From assembly GCA_964540825.1 (NCBI GenBank), contig CAZINT010000004.1, forward strand, positions 88,835 to 152,834: 64,000 bases of DNA, written 5' to 3'. This stretch comes from an uncultured Gammaproteobacteria bacterium. Its GTDB lineage: Bacteria; Patescibacteriota; Patescibacteriia; Magasanikbacterales; GWA2-37-8. Shown here one piece after another: positions 57,718-64,000 of the stretch. The position numbers were made by a program, and so were the translations under genes. The first letter of the stretch is position 1, and every line of letters begins with the position of its first letter. The notes below the pieces were generated by a model. That model did no database searches. It was not told where the DNA came from and saw nothing but the letters and a program-made list of their open reading frames with translations.

Positions 57718-59709
57718 ATGCTCATTATCGTTTTGGGAGCAATTGTTCCCGCGGCTCTTGCCATTCTGTACGGTCTTATTCTCATTCGCTGGGTTCTCGG
57801 CCAACCGGCCGGCGATGAACGGATGCAAATGATTGCGCGGGCAATTCAAACCGGCGCAAAAGCCTATCTTCTGCGTCAATACAAAACGATTGGTTTGGTA
57901 GCAATTTTCATCTTCTTAGCCCTTGGGCTTGGTATTGACTGGGTAACCGCCTTTGGCTTCGTGGTCGGTGCGGGTTTTTCATGCTTAGCCGGCTATGTTG
58001 GCATGACTATCTCGGTTAAGGCTAACGTTCGCACAGCCGAAGCTGCTAAAACAGGTTTTAAAGAAGCGATGACCCTCGCTGTTCGCGGCGGTTCGATTAC
58101 CGGTCTTTTGGTAGCCGGTCTTGGGCTCCTCGGTGTAGCTGGTTTTTATTTGGTAACCGGGGGCGATCTTTCCGCACTGATCGGTCTTGGTTTTGGCGGC
58201 AGTTTAGTTTCGGTCTTTGCCCGTATCGGTGGCGGCATCTTCACTAAAGCCGCCGATGTTGGAGCAGACTTGGTAGGCAAAGTAGAAAAAGGAATTCCCG
58301 AAGACGACCCACGCAACCCAGCAGTTATTGCCGATAACGTTGGCGATAACGTTGGCGACTGCGCTGGCATGGCCGCTGATCTTTTTGAAACATACGCCAT
58401 CACAACTATTGCCGCAATGCTTCTGGCCAGCCTTTTATTCCCTGGCAACACCAAAGTTATTGTTTTTCCTCTCATGCTTGGCGGCGCTTCAATCATCGCT
58501 TCAATCATCGGCACGTTCTGCATTCGCCTTGGTAAAAACATGAACGTAATGAACGCCTTGTACAAAGGCCTTATCGCTGCCGGTGTTCTTTCGCTCGCCG
58601 CTTTTTATCCTATTACTAACTGGCTCCTTGCTGATCTCGCCGGTCACTCTGTCTTGCGTTTGTTTGGCACCGCTGTTATCGGTCTTGCACTCACCATTGC
58701 AATGGTTTTTGTTACTGATTATTACACCTCTACCGAATACTCCCCGGTACAGCATATTGCCAAAGCAAGCACGACCGGACATGGCACCAACATTATTGCT
58801 GGGCTTGCCGTTTCCATGAAATCAACCGCCGTTCCGGTACTTCTTATCCTTGCTGCCATGCTTGGATCGTTTTGGCTCGCCGGACTCTTTGGGGTTGCGA
58901 TCGCAGCGGTGAGCATGCTTTCCATGACCGGTATTGTGGTCACCATTGATGCCTACGGCCCAATCACTGACAACGCCGGCGGTATCGCTGAAATGGCTGA
59001 ACTTTCTGATAGCGTTCGCGCCATCACCGACCCCTTGGACGCGGTTGGCAACACCACCAAGGCGGTTACTAAGGGCTATGCTATTGCTGCCGCTGGTTTG
59101 TCGTCACTCGTTCTGTTTGCCGACTTCACGCACAAACTTCCTGAATCCACAATCTTCTTGATTAATGATCCTAAAGTATTGGTGGGCCTCTTTATTGGCG
59201 GCCTCTTGCCTTACCTCTTCGGCTCATTCCTCATGGAGTCAGTTGGAACGGTTGCCGGCCAAGTGGTGGAAGAAGTTCGTCGTCAATTCAAAGAAATTCC
59301 GGGTATCATGGAAGGAACCGGCAAGCCAGATTATGCTAAAGCCGCTGACATCGTTACCAAAGGTGCGCTTCGCCAAATGATTGTTCCCGCCCTTCTCCCC
59401 GTTGCCGCCCCGATTGCCGTCGGATTCCTTCTTGGTATTCCAGCACTCGGCGGCCTTCTCGTCGGCACAATCGTTACCGGTATTTTCCTCGCTATTTCCA
59501 TGACCACCGGTGGCGCCGCTTGGGATAATGCTAAGAAATTTATTGAAAAAGGAAACTACGGCGGCAAAGGATCGTTTGCCCACCAGGCTGCAGTTACGGG
59601 CGATACGGTTGGCGACCCGTACAAAGATACTGCCGGCCCTTCCATTAATCCAATGATTAAAGTGGCCAACATCGTGGCGCTTCTTATCGTCGGACTTCTC
59701 CTCAAATAA
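57718..59709 (+). CDS. hppA: Membrane-bound H+/Na+-translocating pyrophosphatase
   Basis: [36 protein letters not shown] signature motifs, about 16 TM helices. Confidence 0.95.
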   Translation: MLIIVLGAIVPAALAILYGLILIRWVLGQPAGDERMQMIARAIQTGAKAYLLRQYKTIGLVAIFIFLALGLGIDWVTAFGFVVGAGFSCLAGYVGMTISVKANVRTAEAAKTGFKEAMTLAVRGGSITGLLVAGLGLLGVAGFYLVTGGDLSALIGLGFGGSLVSVFARIGGGIFTKAADVGADLVGKVEKGIPEDDPRNPAVIADNVGDNVGDCAGMAADLFETYAITTIAAMLLASLLFPGNTKVIVFPLMLGGASIIASIIGTFCIRLGKNMNVMNALYKGLIAAGVLSLAAFYPITNWLLADLAGHSVLRLFGTAVIGLALTIAMVFVTDYYTSTEYSPVQHIAKASTTGHGTNIIAGLAVSMKSTAVPVLLILAAMLGSFWLAGLFGVAIAAVSMLSMTGIVVTIDAYGPITDNAGGIAEMAELSDSVRAITDPLDAVGNTTKAVTKGYAIAAAGLSSLVLFADFTHKLPESTIFLINDPKVLVGLFIGGLLPYLFGSFLMESVGTVAGQVVEEVRRQFKEIPGIMEGTGKPDYAKAADIVTKGALRQMIVPALLPVAAPIAVGFLLGIPALGGLLVGTIVTGIFLAISMTTGGAAWDNAKKFIEKGNYGGKGSFAHQAAVTGDTVGDPYKDTAGPSINPMIKVANIVALLIVGLLLK

Positions 59710-59766
59710 TTGCTTCCTTCTCAAAAAGAGCGCTTACCCGGCGCTTTTTTTGTTTTGTTATAAGGA

Positions 59767-59795
59767 TTGACACAGACATGGTTTTGTGCTATATT
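59767..59795 (+). promoter_or_regulatory. Sigma70-type promoter TTGACA-17-TATATT upstream of GC-rich ORF
   Basis: Exact -35 hexamer, 17-nt spacer, TATATT -10. Confidence 0.5.
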
Positions 59796-59891
59796 CTGAC
59801 GTTGCCCTAGCAAACATGTGGCGAAATCTGCCCGCGTCTACGGTACACACCTTAGGCGTGGACAGATTTTAACAGCACAAGAGGTGCCCCA

Positions 59892-60281
59892 ATGGATTTG
59901 CCCGACATCGTCTTGCCTCCGCCGCCGAGCAGAACTCCGCTCGAAGAAGCCGAGCACCAACTCGCTGAAGCTGAGGGTCATGCGCGCAGAATCGCCGCCC
60001 TGCAGGAGAAGAGCGGCCGGCGTATGCGCGAAGCCTTGACCGGCTTCGAAGTCCAGCGCGACGAGGCCGCGCTCGAAATCGCCTGTTGCGCCAACGGCGC
60101 GCTGTCGTTCGCCGCCCTGCACAAGCGCCAGGCCTTCCAGCAGGCCATGAGCGCCCTGACCCAGGCTCAAGCCGAAGCAATAAGCCTTGCCGAGCAGCTG
60201 CTCACGGCGGAAACGCTTGCCATGAAGGCACGCGCGAACGTCGAGCTTTTCCGCCAGCTCAAGCTCGAGCGAGCCGCCTAA
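59892..60281 (+). CDS. Hypothetical coiled-coil protein, GC-rich compositional outlier
   Basis: 129-aa Ala/Glu/Leu/Arg-rich helical ORF; antisense ORFs in same block share wobble positions and are rejected. Confidence 0.4.
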   Translation: MDLPDIVLPPPPSRTPLEEAEHQLAEAEGHARRIAALQEKSGRRMREALTGFEVQRDEAALEIACCANGALSFAALHKRQAFQQAMSALTQAQAEAISLAEQLLTAETLAMKARANVELFRQLKLERAA

Positions 60282-60368
60282 CACGCCACCACTCGCACCT
60301 CCCCCCTCGGAGCTCTGCGTCTTTGTCACTAACACAGATTAGTTGTAAAGACGCTCCGGGGCGGGCAC

Positions 60369-60399
60369 AAAACAACCCTGCAAAAGCAGGGTTGTTTTA
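60369..60399 (+). terminator. Rho-independent terminator
   Basis: AACAACCCTGC-aaaa-GCAGGGTTGTTTT. Confidence 0.65.
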
Positions 60400-60460
60400 G
60401 TCTGTTTTCGTTGACACCAAAGGCTTTTGCTGCTATGTTTGCTCCATCAAGGAGCACATT

Positions 60461-60754
60461 ATGAAAAGCGAGACGTCCTCCATGAAGGGGTTGAAGAAAA
60501 AAATTCGAAAAATTTTTCCTGGAGCATCATGCTTTGAAACAGAAAAAGGCAAAAACCGAATCCAGTTCCGAGCGTTAACAACACAACTAGGTGCTGACAT
60601 GGTCTGGTTCTTCCACCTCAGCCAGCTCGCCACACTCCTCGGTACCAGCCGACTGTACGTTACGTGTGTCGCTGACACCGAGTACGAGGCCGTACCGCAG
60701 TTCCACGTCGTCATTGTTGCCGAGCGCGTCACCAACCCCGCGCTTCAGGCGTAG
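60461..60754 (+). CDS. Hypothetical small protein (AT-rich 5' half, GC-rich 3' half)
   Basis: TTGACA-17-TATGTT promoter at 60411-60439, AAGGAG RBS 6 nt before ATG; competing TTG-start ORF on the opposite strand is rejected. Confidence 0.35.
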   Translation: MKSETSSMKGLKKKIRKIFPGASCFETEKGKNRIQFRALTTQLGADMVWFFHLSQLATLLGTSRLYVTCVADTEYEAVPQFHVVIVAERVTNPALQA

Positions 60755-60905
60755 CCCTGCCGCGACGCCGATCACCTGATCCTCGTCGCGCCCTACCAAA
60801 AACACCTCAGCAAAAACTGGGGTGTTTTTGTATTGGTCACCATTTGACAAATCCCTTATTTTTCAATAAAATAGGCCGTATTCTTACTTACTCTTTTTAC
60901 TGAAT

Positions 60906-62186
60906 ATGTCCTACGAAATCAAAAAAACTGACAAATCGACCGCTGAGCTGACTATTACCGTTCAACCTGCTGATTACAAAAAAAACATGGAGGCAGCCGC
61001 CATCCGTATATCGGAGCGCGCCGCCATCAAAGGCTTCCGCCCGGGTAAAGCACCATATGACCTGGTAAAACAGGAAATGGGTGAAATCCGCATTCTTGAA
61101 GAAGCCATGCAGTCAATTGTGGAAAGCAACTTTTTTAAAGCTGTCTCTGAAGAAAAACTCGACACACTAGGGATGCCCCAAATTAGTTTACAAAAATTTG
61201 CTCCAGGCAATGAGCTCGTCTTTACCGCAACCGTTGCTTTACTTCCAAAAGTTACTATACCCGACCTCTCAACGATCAAAGTCGAGGGTAAGCCCGTAAA
61301 AGTTGACAAAAAGCAAGTTGACGAAACAATGGAAAATCTCCGCCGCATGCAGGGCAAAGAAGTTATTAAGGCAGGCGCAGCGACCAAAGAAGACAAGGTT
61401 GTGGTCAACATGGACATGTTCATCGACAAAGTCCCGATGGAAGGCGGCCAAGCCCCCAACCACCAGGTATACCTCAGCGAGCCGCATTACATTCCAGGCT
61501 TTGCCGAAGAGCTGGTAGGACTCAAAAAAGACGACACCAAAGAATTTACACTTAAATTTCCTAAGGAGCACTACCAAAAACAATTTGCCGGCAAAGATGT
61601 TGATTTTAAAATTAAAGTAAACGAAGTCTACGAACTCAGCTACCCTGAACTTAATGATGAGTTTGCCAAAGCGCTCGGCCAAAAAAGTTTGGAAGCAATG
61701 GTTGAGCTTCTGACCGCCAACCTCACTCGAGAAGGCGAACGTAAAGAAGAGGAACGGTTTGAAATAGCGCTTCTCGAGCAATTGATTGAAAAAAGTAGTT
61801 TTGAAGTAATTCCTGATGTTTTGATTGACGCAGAAAAAAACAAGATGTTCTACGAACTCAAACACAATCTTGACGAACAAGGTATTCCAGTCGAAAAATA
61901 TTTGGCTGACATGAAGAAAACTGAAGCAGAAATCTTGGCCGACTTTACCGCCCAGGCAGATAAGCGTGCCAAAGCCGCTCTTATCTCGCGCCAAATCGCC
62001 CTTCAAAACAATATTAAAGTTGAAAAGGAAGAACTCGAAAAAGAACTTACTGCTATCCGCGCAGCATATCCAAACAATCCTCAGGTAGAAGAAAATCTCA
62101 AACGTCAGGAAGTTATTCAAACCATTGCAACTACCCTGCAGAATAAAAAAGTGATACAGTGGGTGAAGGAACAAATTAAAAAATAG
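60906..62186 (+). CDS. tig: Trigger factor
   Basis: N-terminal ribosome-binding domain with GFRPGKAP motif, PPIase-like middle, C-terminal arm; 426 aa. Confidence 0.9.
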   Translation: MSYEIKKTDKSTAELTITVQPADYKKNMEAAAIRISERAAIKGFRPGKAPYDLVKQEMGEIRILEEAMQSIVESNFFKAVSEEKLDTLGMPQISLQKFAPGNELVFTATVALLPKVTIPDLSTIKVEGKPVKVDKKQVDETMENLRRMQGKEVIKAGAATKEDKVVVNMDMFIDKVPMEGGQAPNHQVYLSEPHYIPGFAEELVGLKKDDTKEFTLKFPKEHYQKQFAGKDVDFKIKVNEVYELSYPELNDEFAKALGQKSLEAMVELLTANLTREGERKEEERFEIALLEQLIEKSSFEVIPDVLIDAEKNKMFYELKHNLDEQGIPVEKYLADMKKTEAEILADFTAQADKRAKAALISRQIALQNNIKVEKEELEKELTAIRAAYPNNPQVEENLKRQEVIQTIATTLQNKKVIQWVKEQIKK

Positions 62187-62197
62187 CCCTACTTTAA

Positions 62198-62230
62198 AAA
62201 CCAGCCCGATAGAAGGGTTGGTTTTTTAAG
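62198..62230 (+). terminator. Rho-independent terminator after tig
   Basis: AAAAACCAGCCC-gatagaa-GGGTTGGTTTTTT. Confidence 0.65.
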
Positions 62231-62276
62231 CAGCGTATGATAGCTTAGTACCTATAAACTATTATAAATTAAACCT

Positions 62277-63107
62277 ATGCTCTTCGGTGCTCATGTTTCC
62301 ATAGCCGGCGGACTGCCTAACGCCCCACTGAACGCGGCCAAAATTGGCTGCGAGGTTTTTCAGATGTTCAGCCGATCCCCGCAGGGCGGCTGGATTGCAC
62401 CCTTGGACGAAAAAATTGCTGCAGAATTCAAAGCGAATTGCAAAAAAGCCGGACAAAAAGAGTGGTATATTCATACCCCGTATTTTATTAACTTTGCATC
62501 AACCAATAATCGCATCCGGTTTGGTTCAAGCGCCGTTATTCGTCAAGAACTGGAGCGTGGGTCTATGCTTGGCGCAACGTACGTGATGACCCACCTCGGC
62601 AGCTATAGCGGCATGGGCGAAGAAAAAGGTTTTGAAGCGCTTATTGAGGGCCTCGAAAAAACACTCAAAGGATATACAGGTGAAACACAACTACTCTTAG
62701 AGAATTCTGCTGGCGCTGGCGCAGTAATTGGTGACACATTCGAAGAATTAGCCGAAATCGTGCACCACCCTAAACTCAAAAAATATAATCTCGGCATTTG
62801 TTACGATACCCAGCACGCTTTTGCCAGCGGGTATGATGTACGCACCCCGGCAGCAGCAAAGGCTACACTTAAAAAATTTGATGATACAGTAGGATTAGAT
62901 CGCTTCAAAATGTCCCACTGCAACGACTCAAAAATTGAATTTGGCGGCAAAAAAGACCGGCACGAACATATTGGCGAAGGAAATATTGGTTTAGAGGGAT
63001 TTAAAAATTTATTTTCCAATAAAAAAATTGCTAAGGTAAATTTTATCGCCGAAACTGAACACGACAAAATTGTCGAGGATTTAAAACTCTTAAAAAGCCT
63101 TCGTTAA
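62277..63107 (+). CDS. nfo: Endonuclease IV (AP endonuclease family 2)
   Basis: HTPYFINFAS, THLGSY, LLLENSAG, CYDTQHAF motifs of the Nfo TIM-barrel family. Confidence 0.85.
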   Translation: MLFGAHVSIAGGLPNAPLNAAKIGCEVFQMFSRSPQGGWIAPLDEKIAAEFKANCKKAGQKEWYIHTPYFINFASTNNRIRFGSSAVIRQELERGSMLGATYVMTHLGSYSGMGEEKGFEALIEGLEKTLKGYTGETQLLLENSAGAGAVIGDTFEELAEIVHHPKLKKYNLGICYDTQHAFASGYDVRTPAAAKATLKKFDDTVGLDRFKMSHCNDSKIEFGGKKDRHEHIGEGNIGLEGFKNLFSNKKIAKVNFIAETEHDKIVEDLKLLKSLR

Positions 63108-63123
63108 GCACAAAAACAAAAGT

Positions 63124-63348
63124 ATGTTGCTACGACTTCGAGTATTACCACGCTCAAGCAAAAACGAAGTGGTAGGGGAGGCAGGGAATAAAGTACTTAC
63201 AATTAAAGTGCGTGCTGCCCCAACTGATGGAAAAGCGAACGAAGCTGTGCTTGAGGTACTCGCCAGCCACCTCAAGGTACCAAAAAATAAATTACGCTTG
63301 GTTCGAGGTCACAAAAGTAAAAATAAAATAGTTGAGATTTTAGACTAA
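63124..63348 (+). CDS. yggU: YggU/DUF167 family protein
   Basis: 74-aa ORF LRLRVLPRSSKNEVVGE...LKVRAAPTDGKAN typical DUF167. Confidence 0.65.
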   Translation: MLLRLRVLPRSSKNEVVGEAGNKVLTIKVRAAPTDGKANEAVLEVLASHLKVPKNKLRLVRGHKSKNKIVEILD

Positions 63349-63357
63349 CCTTAAACA

Positions 63358-63383
63358 AAAAACAGCCTTTGGGCTGTCTTTTT
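63358..63383. terminator. Bidirectional terminator between yggU and yidD
   Basis: AACAGCC-tttg-GGCTGT followed by CTTTTTT. Confidence 0.6.
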
Positions 63384-63664
63384 TATGGCAAGTCCATTCC
63401 GCCTTTAGTCCACGGGTGACAGCGAATAATGCGCCAAAGCGCCGGCGGAAATCCTAAAAAAATTCCTTTTTTTTCAATTTTTTTATAGGCATAGACGCTA
63501 CACGACGGATAAAAAGGACAAAAACCGTGCGGAAAACGATTTTTTAAGAGTCCGTGGTCGGGCGAAAATGTAACCTGATACAGTCTGATGCACGCCAAAA
63601 AAACCTGGCGAGGCAACAAAAATAATGAGGCTATGATAGTTTTATTTTTTGGCTGAAGTTTCAT
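63383..63664 (-). CDS. yidD: Membrane protein insertion efficiency factor YidD
   Basis: CIRLYQVTFSP...CPFYPSCSVYAYKKI signature. Confidence 0.85.
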   Translation of the reverse strand: MKLQPKNKTIIASLFLLPRQVFLACIRLYQVTFSPDHGLLKNRFPHGFCPFYPSCSVYAYKKIEKKGIFLGFPPALWRIIRCHPWTKGGMDLP

Positions 63665-63695
63665 AAAAACAAGCGGAAGAAAACGGCTTGGGCAG

Positions 63696-63995
63696 CTATA
63701 TTTTACAGACGCCGGAGCGTTTTAAGAGCATAGTGAGATCGGCGGATACGGCATCGTACTCTTTATTAAGAGCGTCTTTGCGAGCAACAACAAGTACAAA
63801 AAAACCTGGTTGTGGCACACCATTTTTAAAAGCAAGACGAACTATTTCACGCAGCTGCCGACGCAGCCGGTTGCGCACCACTGCCTTTTTAGAAATTTTT
63901 AAACCCACTGCAAAGGCTAACTTAAGCTGTTTTTTAAAACTTTCCGGATCTTCTTTAGCAGGAAAAAGTGCGCTATTTTTTTCTAAATTAAGCAC
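63696..63995 (-). CDS. rnpA: RNase P protein component (possibly 5'-truncated by window end)
   Basis: Basic RNR motif region VVRNRLRRQLREIVR; located upstream of yidD as in the conserved rpmH-rnpA-yidD-yidC arrangement. Confidence 0.7.
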   Translation of the reverse strand: MLNLEKNSALFPAKEDPESFKKQLKLAFAVGLKISKKAVVRNRLRRQLREIVRLAFKNGVPQPGFFVLVVARKDALNKEYDAVSADLTMLLKRSGVCKI

Positions 63996-64000
63996 TTTAA

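Noticed and set aside
60587-60850. 87-aa minus-strand ORF in the GC-rich segment upstream of tig
   Set aside because: It uses a TTG start without RBS and overlaps the plus-strand ORF, which has a promoter, RBS and ATG; likely a GC-rich antisense artefact, though I cannot fully exclude it

Overview
The window is a 64-kb, mostly AT-rich bacterial segment with short genes, frequent 4-bp gene overlaps, sigma70-type promoters and Patescibacteria/CPR-like content. Superkingdom and lineage are my inference from gene content and composition alone.

Reading left to right, the main features are:

- **Start of window:** a 3'-truncated rpsF.
- **Type IV pilus operon:** pilB, pilC, pilM, pilN, pilO and a small PilP-like membrane gene, with no pilin or secretin gene in the window.
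- **Core genes:** a UPF0020-like methyltransferase, an ABC-F ATPase and ychF.
- **tRNA-Ala island (about 8.9 kb):** integrated at tRNA-Ala(GGC) and bounded by a 44-nt direct repeat of the tRNA 3' half. It carries two tyrosine integrases, a secreted SNase-family nuclease, an HTH protein and several uncharacterised AT-rich ORFs. Two of those ORFs carry an R-x4-H-(H/G)-G HEPN-like motif, which makes this a candidate defence or toxin module.
- **Surface array (about 19 kb, minus strand):** an O-antigen-ligase/TPR membrane protein, small secreted and anchored proteins, a 970-aa FN3/CnaB-like protein, and two tandem paralogous giant proteins of 1820 and 2260 aa built from several repeat classes.
- **GC-rich blocks:** at least five compact blocks (roughly 60-65% GC by eye) sit in the AT-rich background, each with its own canonical promoter and RBS. 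The largest carries a yjjX-prs-apt operon. It is flanked by two paralogous TrmB-like regulators, and a free-standing LAGLIDADG gene sits between one of them and the block.
- **tRNA cluster:** tRNA-Ala(CGC) and tRNA-Arg(CCT), with the 3' end of tRNA-Arg duplicated 125 bp downstream.
- **Housekeeping genes:** rmuC, rpsT, holA, ndh, doxX, polA, tRNA-Cys, an M23/LysM peptidase, hppA, tig, nfo, yggU, yidD and rnpA.

I saw no rRNA gene and no CRISPR array.
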